Virus record (IMG/VR): IMGVR_UViG_3300033145_001721
Coordinates: 10,973 to 74,972 of that record
Direction: 5' to 3' (one strand)
DNA from: a virus
Length of the DNA: 64,000 bases
Shown here: positions 9,802 through 19,135 of the stretch, piece after piece
How positions within the stretch are numbered: position 1 is the stretch's first letter
How the letters are laid out: every line of letters starts with the position of its first letter
The notes under the pieces: generated by a model
Database searches by the model: none
The model's input: only the letters and a program-made list of their open reading frames with translations
What the model was told of the DNA's origin: nothing
Translations under genes and position numbers: made by a program

Positions 9802-12126
9802 TTAAAGTTCCGTGTACGCCAATAACAAATTAGTAACAAAATGGTCTCTGCGTTTTCCATCCCGTTCCAAATGATAAACGGTCGATGTGCGCTGAACGTT
9901 GTGTATCTTAAACACCCTACTTTCTACCGTTACAGTTTCCCCCGCTACAGTTTTCAGAGCATTCAACGTTAACGCCAATTTGGAACTGGTATCTCTGTAA
10001 TTAACACCCCTCACTCTGAATTGTATTCCATGCCGTTCGTTTACAGTATTTTGCATACCCTTTCCGTCTACAATACCTGGTGTATCGTAGAGACATCCAA
10101 GATTGTTCGGCACATCACTTGCATCAGGAAATCTTCCGGTAAAAATAGGCCACTCATCATCATCAGAAGGTTCAGAAAATAAATCTTGAGCCTTCAAGTA
10201 GGCCGCAAGAATAATCGATTGTGGAAGCGTGCCCACAGATATAACGGGGGCACTTGTAACGCTCAATGCGCCTGATACAGAAGATTGCGATGCTATTGAC
10301 CCTATCAATTCCGTAAGTATTGTTGACAAATCAGCAGAAAGCGATGAAGTAGCAGCCAAGCTTCCTGCTAAGCTCACAACACGACTAACGGAACCCGTAA
10401 CAACTGATTGTGCTACTATCGTACCTTGTATTTTCCGTGCTACTGAAACGGTACAAGTAACAATTGACTGTGCTGCAATAGAACCCTGCAAAACAACAAA
10501 CACTTCTTCAACTGTAAGCGTACCACTTACAACGGATTGGGATGTTGCTGATCCAACCAATTTTTTACTGACCGAAAGCGCGCCCGTAACAACTGATTGT
10601 GTGGCTATAGATCCTTTCAATTCCACTTGACCGACAACAGAAAGCGAACCACTAACAGCCGATTGTGCTGTTATTAATCCCTGTACTTTCTTATCAGCAG
10701 AAAGGGAACCACTTACAATTGATTGACTTGTTATAACTCCTTGTATTTCTTTCGACGTTGAAAGTGCACCGCTTACATCCGATTGGGATGTAACAGAGCC
10801 TATCAACTTCTTATCAGCAGAAAGCGCACCCGCAACAACTGATTGTGATGATGTAAATCCAACTAACTTCTTATCAGCAGAAAGGAAACCGCTTACATCC
10901 GATTGGGATGTTACCGATCCTTTCAACTCCACTTGACCAGTAGCAGAAAGTGAACCACTTACATCCGATTGGGATGTAACAGAGCCTATCAACTTCTTAT
11001 CAGCAGAAAGCGCACCACTTACATCCGATTGACTTGTTATAACTCCTTGTATTTCTTTTGATATTGAAAGCGAACCACTAACATCCGATTGGGATGTTAC
11101 AACTCCCTCTATAGTTCGGGTGGGTGTTAAACCACCCGAAAGAGCAATAACCGCCGCAACCGTACCACTAACACCCCGTACAACCGCCACACTGCCCGTT
11201 AGATCCGATATACCAGCGATAGGGCCGGATATACCCCTATTAACCGAAAGCCCAGCAGAAACAGCCGTAGTGGCTGCCGTAGACCCTGCTAATGATGCAG
11301 CAAAAGACATAGAACCAAAAACAATTGATTGTGCGGCGATAGTACCAGCCAAAACCTGAACTACCCCGCCACCACCACCCAGCACAGCGCCCCACAACTC
11401 GATGGGATCGCGACGGTAAATGGCGTAAGGGTCGGCGTAGAGTTGGCGGATTTCGGAGGGGGCCAGGGCACGATTATAAAAACACGTCTTCGATAACCGG
11501 CCATCAAACGCATAGTCCGTGTCTATTGTGCCAATCCATGCCGAGTCCGTGCCAGTGCCCAGCGCGGCAGCCACGCCATTATCGCCATAGTCATACCCCG
11601 GCTGCTTGCCATTAATATAAAAAGCAACTTTCTCGCTCGCGCTGCCGTCAAATACAGTTGCTATCTGATACCACTTCCTCGCTACCAATGTTCCGCTATC
11701 TAGCCAATACTGAATATATTTCATGTTTTGGTCGTACAGCCGTATAGCCCTATCGCCAATCTCTAATCGCACGACAAAGTCATTGTCCTCCCAGGGCGTC
11801 CCTTTGCCAAACAAACCCATTGTACTCTCTGTATTATCCCGCCAGACCTGTACAATTAACGTGAATTGTGTAAGACCACTGAAATCGGCAGCGTGCGGAA
11901 TGACGACTTTGGGAGCGTCCCCAGAGAAATCCAAGCATGACCCGTTAGAGCGGATGTCCCATACCACTGCCCCAGAGAACGTCCCATCATTCCCATGCCC
12001 ACTCAGATCAATCAGCTTATCACCACCCATTCCCTGGACACGAGGGTCCCAGAGGCCGACGAGACCCTTGGCGAGAGGATGGCTCAGAATTGGTCGCGAT
12101 CCAGGTCGTGGCAACCAAATGCTCAT
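9802..12126 (-). CDS. LamG/concanavalin-like domain + S/G/V repeat stalk + C-terminal tail-terminator-like domain
   Basis: GLVGLW...DLSGHGNDGT...WYQIATVFDG...FYING...YNRALAPSEI is LamG-like; ~20-aa repeats G.V.SQS.VSG.LS; C-terminal domain resembles 8478..8924. Confidence 0.7.
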   Translation of the reverse strand: MSIWLPRPGSRPILSHPLAKGLVGLWDPRVQGMGGDKLIDLSGHGNDGTFSGAVVWDIRSNGSCLDFSGDAPKVVIPHAADFSGLTQFTLIVQVWRDNTESTMGLFGKGTPWEDNDFVVRLEIGDRAIRLYDQNMKYIQYWLDSGTLVARKWYQIATVFDGSASEKVAFYINGKQPGYDYGDNGVAAALGTGTDSAWIGTIDTDYAFDGRLSKTCFYNRALAPSEIRQLYADPYAIYRRDPIELWGAVLGGGGGVVQVLAGTIAAQSIVFGSMSFAASLAGSTAATTAVSAGLSVNRGISGPIAGISDLTGSVAVVRGVSGTVAAVIALSGGLTPTRTIEGVVTSQSDVSGSLSISKEIQGVITSQSDVSGALSADKKLIGSVTSQSDVSGSLSATGQVELKGSVTSQSDVSGFLSADKKLVGFTSSQSVVAGALSADKKLIGSVTSQSDVSGALSTSKEIQGVITSQSIVSGSLSADKKVQGLITAQSAVSGSLSVVGQVELKGSIATQSVVTGALSVSKKLVGSATSQSVVSGTLTVEEVFVVLQGSIAAQSIVTCTVSVARKIQGTIVAQSVVTGSVSRVVSLAGSLAATSSLSADLSTILTELIGSIASQSSVSGALSVTSAPVISVGTLPQSIILAAYLKAQDLFSEPSDDDEWPIFTGRFPDASDVPNNLGCLYDTPGIVDGKGMQNTVNERHGIQFRVRGVNYRDTSSKLALTLNALKTVAGETVTVESRVFKIHNVQRTSTVYHLERDGKRRDHFVTNLLLAYTEL
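10500..11110. repeat. Degenerate ~60-66 bp coding repeats (stalk of 9802..12126)
   Basis: Recurring plus-strand blocks such as cttacatccgattgggatgt and aacttcttatcagcagaaag; boundaries approximate. Confidence 0.75.
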
Positions 12127-12129
12127 AGG

Positions 12130-12558
12130 TTAGCTCGCAAGAGGAATAGTGGTCTGTTGGATGTTAATCGTCACGGCAACTTCCTGCCCCGCTTGATTGT
12201 AAATATGGACCTTGAATTTTGGCATATCCACGCCGTGAATTGTGAAACACAGCCGCTCGGTCGCATTTTGAGCCTGATCGATAGCAAAGCCCTGTACGCT
12301 CGCATCGTCCTTGTCTTGCCAACCCTCAGAGTCGGGGTCCATATCCGGGGCCAAGATGTAGACGTTCACATTGCCGTCACAAGCCCCTGTATTATCCTCA
12401 AGAGTCATCACACAGACTGCTGTTGAGCCTTTGATGTCCTGGGAAATCTCATCGGTTGTTTGCACTCCTTCATCGGCTATTGCTACATCATCAAAAGGTG
12501 TACCCGTACCATAGGTTGCATGTGCCGCAGCACTCCAATTGTATCCTGACTCAGCCAC
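12130..12558 (-). CDS. Hypothetical virion-associated protein
   Basis: Tightly packed in the structural operon; acidic, beta-rich sequence. Confidence 0.55.
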   Translation of the reverse strand: MAESGYNWSAAAHATYGTGTPFDDVAIADEGVQTTDEISQDIKGSTAVCVMTLEDNTGACDGNVNVYILAPDMDPDSEGWQDKDDASVQGFAIDQAQNATERLCFTIHGVDMPKFKVHIYNQAGQEVAVTINIQQTTIPLAS

Positions 12559-12850
12559 GGGCCACCTCCAATTTCTCTAGCTCAATGACAATGCTTGCGT
12601 CTGCTATGTTACCAACAATTGTCTCCCTGGCAGCCGCCTTCGCGGCGCTTCGCTCATATGCTGCCTGTAAAGCTGCTGCAATAGCCACCTCTGGCTTTTC
12701 CGCAGGCAAAACAGTTTTGATTCGGTGCTGCGTTACGCTCTCGCCATCAGTCCGTGTTGCACAAATCACCACGCCACGTGGGTACGCTTTGTCCACAGGC
12801 TCGTGGATTGCATACTCCTTTTTACTATCAATAGTCCATGTAACCGCCAT
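12551..12850 (-). CDS. Hypothetical protein
   Basis: ORF packed in the operon and overlapping the next start. Confidence 0.55.
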   Translation of the reverse strand: MAVTWTIDSKKEYAIHEPVDKAYPRGVVICATRTDGESVTQHRIKTVLPAEKPEVAIAAALQAAYERSAAKAAARETIVGNIADASIVIELEKLEVARG

Positions 12851-12860
12851 AATCTATCGC

Positions 12861-12977
12861 CTACTTTCTGCCTTGGCCGGTTGAACGTGTAGTACTACAA
12901 CCACCCCTGCCACGATTTCCTCGTTTTCCACCTCCACTACCATCTCGCTTCGGCACGCCTTTAATTGATTTTGCCAT
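12861..12977 (-). CDS. Small Gly/Arg-rich peptide (38 aa)
   Basis: Not in the track. MAKSIKGVPKRDGSGGGKRGNRGRGGCSTTRSTGQGRK*, strong AAAGGAGA RBS, fills the gap between neighbours. Confidence 0.65.
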   Translation of the reverse strand: MAKSIKGVPKRDGSGGGKRGNRGRGGCSTTRSTGQGRK

Positions 12978-12992
12978 GAGTTATCTCCTTTG

Positions 12993-13370
12993 CTATATTT
13001 TGCCCGCTACTATAGCGAGTATCTTCCTGCGATTCAGCCTTATCGGATTTTCAAGATACTTTGCCGTCTTTCCTGGTTTATGTCTAGCCTGCAAATTCTC
13101 ATGCACATATACAGCATAATGAGCTGTGTAACCAACAATGATATCTGCCGTAAATCCAATCCCTTTCAACTTGCGTGTAAAAGCCGAATTTTTCAACACA
13201 CCAAATTCCACAGGCACCACTTTTTGACTCTCTCGCTGAACAAACAAACCCGCCTTTTTAAGGTGGCCTTCCATAATCATTCCCTGTTGCACACCACCAG
13301 CACGGAGTTTTGCCATGATACTTGAAACACCAGTAACATGAGTTATCCTTGCCATTATAAGTAAGCCCAC
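12993..13370 (-). CDS. Neck/tail-completion protein (HK97 gp10-like)
   Basis: SQKVVPVEFGVLKNS...VGYTAHYAVYVHE...AKYLE motif. Confidence 0.8.
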   Translation of the reverse strand: MGLLIMARITHVTGVSSIMAKLRAGGVQQGMIMEGHLKKAGLFVQRESQKVVPVEFGVLKNSAFTRKLKGIGFTADIIVGYTAHYAVYVHENLQARHKPGKTAKYLENPIRLNRRKILAIVAGKI

Positions 13371-13717
13371 CTAAACATCACAGTTGCTTTTCGATTGGGT
13401 ATCGTATCATACCTTTTGATTTGGTAAGCCCCTTGATTCAACAAAGGGTTGTCCTCATCTGTAATATCATCCAAAGTTCCTAGCATCAAAACTCCACCCG
13501 CCGCAACACCATCTACCATCACCACAGCTTTGCTTACAACTTCCTCCCCCTTATCATCCATAAACTTTTCTATTCTACCCTCCCATCGACACTTCAACTC
13601 TTGAGGGTCGGCAAACTGGGGCTCCCCGTAGCTATTATAACTCTGAGCACCTGACTCAGTAAGATTCAGGGGCCAGTACACACAATCCTGATTTTGGATA
13701 CGTGTTTTGTTAGGCAT
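13355..13717 (-). CDS. Head closure / head-tail adaptor protein
   Basis: VYW...YGEP....P.ELKCRWE...GEEVVSKAVV; synteny; probable start MPNKT. Confidence 0.7.
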   Translation of the reverse strand: MPNKTRIQNQDCVYWPLNLTESGAQSYNSYGEPQFADPQELKCRWEGRIEKFMDDKGEEVVSKAVVMVDGVAAGGVLMLGTLDDITDEDNPLLNQGAYQIKRYDTIPNRKATVMFRWAYL

Positions 13718-14066
13718 CTTTTTTCTCAACCAAAACCTGGACCCTATTCAATACAACAATCATTTTTTCAAACTGAGTATCTTGTGCTTTACGATTTTCT
13801 CTCTGTGTATCCAAATCTTCCTTCCGCTGCGAAACTATCGTTTCAAACATCGTGTCGAAACGTTTGACTATCTGTTGACAGTTGTCAGCATATTGAACCG
13901 TACTCAATTTACGATCTAACTCATCCCTCGTCACAGCTTGTTTCAAACTTCCGTTATTCTTGGTTCCATTATTCTTGGTTCGACTTATAAATCCAAAAAC
14001 CTCCCTCAAAACAACGATACAAAAAATACCACCAATACCAAGCTGCGTTAATGGTAAACCCTCCAT
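13710..14066 (-). CDS. Small membrane protein with one N-terminal TM and a coiled coil (holin/XhlA-like candidate)
   Basis: LTQLGIGGIFCIVVLREVF followed by a charged helical region. Confidence 0.5.
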   Translation of the reverse strand: MEGLPLTQLGIGGIFCIVVLREVFGFISRTKNNGTKNNGSLKQAVTRDELDRKLSTVQYADNCQQIVKRFDTMFETIVSQRKEDLDTQRENRKAQDTQFEKMIVVLNRVQVLVEKKDA

Positions 14067-14075
14067 TGTAACCCC

Positions 14076-14486
14076 TCAAGAACTTGTTTCTATCGAATTT
14101 GGATTTTCCGTACCTGCCCAATCTAAATCCACGGTCCTTCCTAAACCATCCTTCATCGATTTGTCCAGTGCCGCAAGGGCACCACTCCAATCCAATCTCA
14201 TTGCGGTTTGACCAAACTCCGTTGAATTGAAACCAAGATCCTCCGCGTGTTGGTAAGTCTCCGCGATTGTACTCACTTTTTCTGAGGTTGTTCGTCGGTA
14301 TTTCAACGAATACAAATGAGCAGTTAGATACCGTTCAATCAATTCCAATTCAGTTGCCGTGAATCCTGTATCTGTGCAATGTTTCGTTACAATTACATTT
14401 GCAACTGTGATAATAGAATCAATGGTTGTATCCGAATCCAACTCAACTATTGTGCCAACCAATATTGATGTTGTCCTGACAGCCAT
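14076..14486 (-). CDS. Head-tail connector (adaptor) protein
   Basis: LELIERYLTAH...STEFGQTAMRLD.SG.L motif; downstream of the capsid genes. Confidence 0.75.
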   Translation of the reverse strand: MAVRTTSILVGTIVELDSDTTIDSIITVANVIVTKHCTDTGFTATELELIERYLTAHLYSLKYRRTTSEKVSTIAETYQHAEDLGFNSTEFGQTAMRLDWSGALAALDKSMKDGLGRTVDLDWAGTENPNSIETSS

Positions 14487-15139
14487 CAGTCCATCCCTTT
14501 CCCGCGCTTACGATCAGCCCAAAAATCAGTTGGATTCAACCAAGGAATAAGATCAGACGACAAAGCACTACAATCTGTCACGTTATAGATTTCGACATCA
14601 GAAAACTTCGCTTTCCAATCATGCACAAGCCTCTTGAAACCCGATATGAACATTTTGTAAATCTTTGGTGTAGTTGCAGCCGGTCTGATGTTATCTGCAT
14701 GCCAATTAGCTTTGTCATCTATTCGCTGCATATCAAAACCCAGTAAATAGATTCGCTTAGCACCCAACAATATAGCTAAGTTGATAGCTGCTGCACCTGT
14801 GTTGCCATTCCAACCTATTCCATTTGCATGTAATCCCGTGCCATACCGTTTCACAGACCACAACCAGGGAACTGTAGATTTCCGCAAGCCTGTAACGTTG
14901 GTAAAAACTGGATTGGAAAATTGAGACAAATTATCTTTGTGGTGTTTGTACCATGTCATGTCACCAAAGAAACATATCTTGCAAACCTTCTCACCCCACT
15001 TGTAGGCATCATTACATCCAATCGTATGCTCATCATATAGCAGTGACCTATCAAACTGCATCTTTTGCAAGCTATGGCCACCACCTATGATAAACACATC
15101 ATCACCATACCAAACGGGATCTATCTGCCAAACAGGCAT
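14486..15139 (-). CDS. Maf/DUF115 (sialyltransferase-like fold) glycosyltransferase-like protein
   Basis: VFIIGGGHSL...IGCNDAY...NTGAAAINLAILLGAKRIYLLGFDM...IYNVT motifs. Confidence 0.7.
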   Translation of the reverse strand: MPVWQIDPVWYGDDVFIIGGGHSLQKMQFDRSLLYDEHTIGCNDAYKWGEKVCKICFFGDMTWYKHHKDNLSQFSNPVFTNVTGLRKSTVPWLWSVKRYGTGLHANGIGWNGNTGAAAINLAILLGAKRIYLLGFDMQRIDDKANWHADNIRPAATTPKIYKMFISGFKRLVHDWKAKFSDVEIYNVTDCSALSSDLIPWLNPTDFWADRKRGKGMD

Positions 15140-15142
15140 AGT

Positions 15143-15556
15143 TTACTCTGCAAGTCCGTCCAGATAGTTTTCCAGAGATACGATTTGTTTCATCCTCACA
15201 AGAATCTTGTTGTCTTTCTTCACAGCAAATCGCTTTGTCTTAGTATTATACAAAACCACAACACCGACCGCTTGCGCTTGCGGATAGTCCTCTGTCAGAT
15301 CGAGTAGCGTAGAACGAGCGGGGCTCCGCATGGGTCTCGCCCCGCCGTTCCGCTCGATGGGTGTCGGTTTACTTCCTGCAATCACAGGACGCACTACATC
15401 AGCATCCGAAGATAGCAACTCAAACTTGTTGCGCAGAAGCTTAGACAGATCAACATCACTTTCGACTGTATCACCAGGGTGATAAATCTTATCTCCCTCA
15501 ATGTGAATACCTGTCTTGTTGCCCTGCTCATCCTGTGTCTTCAATCTAAACAACAT
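15143..15556 (-). CDS. Hypothetical capsid-associated protein
   Basis: Directly after the capsid gene; H.EG..IYHPGD.VES..DL....NKFE N-terminus. Confidence 0.55.
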   Translation of the reverse strand: MLFRLKTQDEQGNKTGIHIEGDKIYHPGDTVESDVDLSKLLRNKFELLSSDADVVRPVIAGSKPTPIERNGGARPMRSPARSTLLDLTEDYPQAQAVGVVVLYNTKTKRFAVKKDNKILVRMKQIVSLENYLDGLAE

Positions 15557-15621
15557 ACTAATCGCCTTTCCAAACGAGGTTATCAGATTTCAGTGAAACG
15601 CAATTCTATCAATCACCAGAA

Positions 15622-16716
15622 TTACGTTGCTACTGTCAAATGGCACACACCACAATTCCCGTCATAGTCGCTGCGAATTTGTGGTACACGAATACCGAGA
15701 ATACGCCAGTTGAGCAAATTGCCGCCCTGCTCTTCCCACTGAACCGTAGTCCAATCCATACCGATGATTTCACGAACGGTTTCCGTTTCCATCTGCACGA
15801 TCAGAATATCCCAACCTGTCAAATAATCAAGCGAGCGAATATCTTGAATTTGTCCGTGCTTGAGAATACGCTCACGAGTGGTAATAGTGGTTGTCTGACC
15901 TGCTGTCGTAGATACGTAGTCATTCTCCAGGTATCTATCCCACGCAGGCGCAAGATACACCATATACGGACCATACTTCTTGACTGCGATCAACGCCTGA
16001 ATGGCCGTCAACACTTCACCAAGCAGAGTCGATCCAACCCAGCCATCTGTCGTCGGTGCCGTGATAGTTCCGGTAACACGAGAACCAAAATCAGTATACC
16101 CGTAAATCTTAGCGTTGGCGATGTACTGATACTCATCATAATCGCTGTTGCCGATAAGCATTTTCTCAGCCAGTTCAGCACAAGCAAACGCCTGATCCTC
16201 AGCCGAAGCCAAATCCAACGGCAATCCACCACGACGGCTCACAGCCAGTTCACGTGCTCCAAAACCCCAATCAGCCCAAATACAAGGCAATGGAATCAAA
16301 ACCGTATCATTTACGTGCCGATCTTTGGGACCTGTCTGGATCGGGTCCATTCCAAGGTTTGCGGTCCCAACACGGCTGGCTCGTTGAGTCATGAGTGCCT
16401 GCACAGCAAATCCGTTAGGAATGTTACGGACCAAACCTGCCTGCTCCACGTCAGCCACGGCTTTCAAACGCTTCTGCATGGAACGTGTGACTGTCTGATC
16501 GATTTCCAACCACACCTCGTGGGGCAACGTCGCCGTATTGTAAGGGACGCGATGCACTTGCCGTTTGCCAGCGTTCTTGTTGTACAGTTCCACGTAACAT
16601 TTACCGTCGTGCTGGAACGGACGCAGGATACCTGGATCACCTTCAGCATCCATAAGCTTCAGGAGGCTGGGGCCGTCCAATCCACCAATTTGTGCATTCA
16701 AAGTTCTACGATTCAT
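15622..16716 (-). CDS. Major capsid protein (HK97 fold, encapsulin/linocin-like)
   Basis: NTATLPHEVWLEIDQTV...PLPCIWADW...REL..SR..G.PLD...YGPY...VPQIRSDYDG.CG; probable start MNRRT with GAAAGG RBS. Confidence 0.88.
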   Translation of the reverse strand: MNRRTLNAQIGGLDGPSLLKLMDAEGDPGILRPFQHDGKCYVELYNKNAGKRQVHRVPYNTATLPHEVWLEIDQTVTRSMQKRLKAVADVEQAGLVRNIPNGFAVQALMTQRASRVGTANLGMDPIQTGPKDRHVNDTVLIPLPCIWADWGFGARELAVSRRGGLPLDLASAEDQAFACAELAEKMLIGNSDYDEYQYIANAKIYGYTDFGSRVTGTITAPTTDGWVGSTLLGEVLTAIQALIAVKKYGPYMVYLAPAWDRYLENDYVSTTAGQTTTITTRERILKHGQIQDIRSLDYLTGWDILIVQMETETVREIIGMDWTTVQWEEQGGNLLNWRILGIRVPQIRSDYDGNCGVCHLTVAT

Positions 16717-16784
16717 TGTATTGCCTTTCATTCAATGTTATCTGTCATTGTTTTGTTTTGATGTGGTCAATCCCTGACTAATCG

Positions 16785-17231
16785 TTACACAGCTACCATA
16801 CGCACAAGCACATTGTCAGACCCACTGCCGATTTCCTCATCCTCCAGTGCTTGGGCTACCGTATCCCCCTTGTCACCACTGTCGGAATTGCTGATGAACA
16901 ACCCAGAACTATTTCGCGTGAGCATTTCACCGATTGTGATATCCTGCCCGGCAGGAACGAGCCCATGAAACTCTTCGCCCGCTCGGAATTGAATCGCACG
17001 CACTGGATAATCGATAGTATACGCATCGTCCACCGTATGACCTTGCAGTGCATCCTCAATCGCAACAATCAGAGGACCATCCCCACCCTCACTGTCGAAG
17101 AGAGCATAGTCGTCCGAACTATCAATCTTCAATGCCATGCCAGGATAAATCCCAGCCTCAGCGGCATTGCGCTCGTGGTAAACCATACCACCAAAGTTTT
17201 TGACTGCAATCATCTGCTTACTAAGACTCAT
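16785..17231 (-). CDS. Head decoration / cement protein
   Basis: 148 aa between the protease and capsid genes; IYPGM...VAIEDALQG.TVDDAY...VAQALE. Confidence 0.7.
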   Translation of the reverse strand: MSLSKQMIAVKNFGGMVYHERNAAEAGIYPGMALKIDSSDDYALFDSEGGDGPLIVAIEDALQGHTVDDAYTIDYPVRAIQFRAGEEFHGLVPAGQDITIGEMLTRNSSGLFISNSDSGDKGDTVAQALEDEEIGSGSDNVLVRMVAV

Positions 17232-17296
17232 TATCTTATCTCCTATTTACTTGTGTTGTTCTTCTTGTTATCAACGCAACCTTACATACGCTAATG

Positions 17297-18772
17297 TTAG
17301 GCTGTCTTTTCTTCTTTCTTCTGATTAAAAGTCATAGGCAATGGCAACGAGGGAACACCTGCTGTATCATCGTTGGTCACCGGATCACCCTGTCCTTCAT
17401 AGTTGAAACGCAGTACATTCGGCACACTGTCTTGCTTGTCCTGAGTTTCGTCTTTGGCCAAATCGGCAAGATTTTGCAGCATCTCAACATCCTGCGTTTT
17501 GAGCCATTCCGGAGTAAACTTACTCTTTTCGTTTTTGGTGATAATACCAATAAGCCGGTCCTTCTCAACCTCCTCGTTATGAACGAGTGTTTCCCAGCGT
17601 TTGCGAAAGGCCGGAGGCATGGAGTTCAGATACTCCTCATCCGTTTGCGTTTCGACTTTCGGTGTCTCCTTGTTTTTCACCTTCTCGTCAATCACATCCT
17701 TCTTGACTTCAGGTTTGGCCTCGGACTTAGTTTTGGGTTCCTCTTCCTTGTTTTCCACAGGCTGCAACTTCTCCAGCTGCTCGTCTTTCAAACCGTCAAG
17801 GAATTCGCGGTCGTCTTCCTCCCACTTAGTCGATTCGTTAGCGATGAGACCGTCAATAGTTTTCTTGTGGTTCATGATTTTACCTTTCTTAACTTTAGCA
17901 CCATTATTTGTATTCTTACTTAAAGCCACGTAGGTTATCTTTCGCTCTACTGCCTCTGGCAATCCTTCCATCGCAACAACATCACCATCAACCTTGTAAT
18001 CACGCTTGAACAATTTGCTACTATTACCCAAGGAATAAACAAAGTATGTGTCGAAAACATCTTCAACATAATTGTACTCACCATCCTTATAGATGGCTTC
18101 ATCCAAAAGCTTCCGCAAATCATTAGCAGATTGCTCATTTTCAAATTTCTTCAACCAATTCGGGGGAATGTGAATTTTCTCATTGGCTTGATTACGGTAC
18201 AAACCCGCACCATCTTCAATAGAACAAGCGCCAACTTGATCCGGTAGAACAGCTAAATGATCTGGACCGAAATTGGATAGTGTACCCTGATACTCTTCAT
18301 CATTCCACACTCCTGGAGTCTCGTCACTATCAGCAAACAATCCAGTAGACACTTCCAACATTTCTTCATTTGTAACAGCATCCGAAATGCGATCATCAAT
18401 CAACTCCACTCGATCCTTATCCAACCACGCTTCGGCTGACAGTTTGTCCTTGCTCCATTTGGTGTTCATGATAACACCGATACCACGAGTATTGAGCACC
18501 AAGGGCGAACAAGCACTGGGCTCATTGGGGTGGTAAACTACGATGGGTTTGGAATTCCACATCACGGGGCGCTTCTTGATTTCGCTGGCAGGATAGTAAT
18601 AAGGCCCCTCACTTCCATTGTGCACACCTTCCAACATCATAACCATCGGCACAACCAGATATTCTTTACCCTGTAAGTTATCTAATCGCATATCCTTTGG
18701 TTTGAGATTGCAGACAACACGATGGAATGTTTTGCCTTTCTTATCAATCGCTGTCGAATTTTTGGGCTTCAT
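17297..18772 (-). CDS. Prohead protease/scaffold (DUF2213-like)
   Basis: YLVVPMVM..EGVHNG...WNSKPIVVYHP...EVSTG...PDHLAVLPDQVGACSIEDGAG plus a charged scaffold-like C-terminus; probable start MKPKN with AGGAGA RBS. Confidence 0.85.
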   Translation of the reverse strand: MKPKNSTAIDKKGKTFHRVVCNLKPKDMRLDNLQGKEYLVVPMVMMLEGVHNGSEGPYYYPASEIKKRPVMWNSKPIVVYHPNEPSACSPLVLNTRGIGVIMNTKWSKDKLSAEAWLDKDRVELIDDRISDAVTNEEMLEVSTGLFADSDETPGVWNDEEYQGTLSNFGPDHLAVLPDQVGACSIEDGAGLYRNQANEKIHIPPNWLKKFENEQSANDLRKLLDEAIYKDGEYNYVEDVFDTYFVYSLGNSSKLFKRDYKVDGDVVAMEGLPEAVERKITYVALSKNTNNGAKVKKGKIMNHKKTIDGLIANESTKWEEDDREFLDGLKDEQLEKLQPVENKEEEPKTKSEAKPEVKKDVIDEKVKNKETPKVETQTDEEYLNSMPPAFRKRWETLVHNEEVEKDRLIGIITKNEKSKFTPEWLKTQDVEMLQNLADLAKDETQDKQDSVPNVLRFNYEGQGDPVTNDDTAGVPSLPLPMTFNQKKEEKTA

Positions 18773-18840
18773 ACTATCTCCTATGTCTATCAATCTTACT
18801 TACACTCCCAAATCTACTAGCTGTAATATCACAAAGCTAT

Positions 18841-18890
18841 AAATTTCGCATGGGTCTTACGCGCGTACCTATTAAGTCCATGCGAAATTT
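18841..18890. repeat. 13-bp perfect inverted repeat in the divergent intergenic region
   Basis: aaatttcgcatgg (18841-18853) / ccatgcgaaattt (18878-18890). Confidence 0.85.
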
Positions 18891-19135
18891 CTAAATCTTG
18901 CGTATAAGGGTGCAAAATCGTCAGGGGGTACCATAGGGTATAGAAAACAGAGTTAAGCCACTACGTGGGCTGCTAGGGGCTTATATACTATGGATAGTAG
19001 GGCTGATAGGGTAAAAAATCTTAGTTATTTAGCTTTTGTCTGGATCAAAGCTAAAGTCACCACACAAAATAGCCGATACTAAAAGTGTCTTGTGATTCTT
19101 GAATATGTCCGAAATCTAATAAGGGGACTTGAACG

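Noticed and set aside
15640-16761. 373-aa plus-strand ORF antisense to the major capsid gene
   Set aside because: Mirror-frame shadow of a codon-biased gene; no recognisable motifs or RBS.
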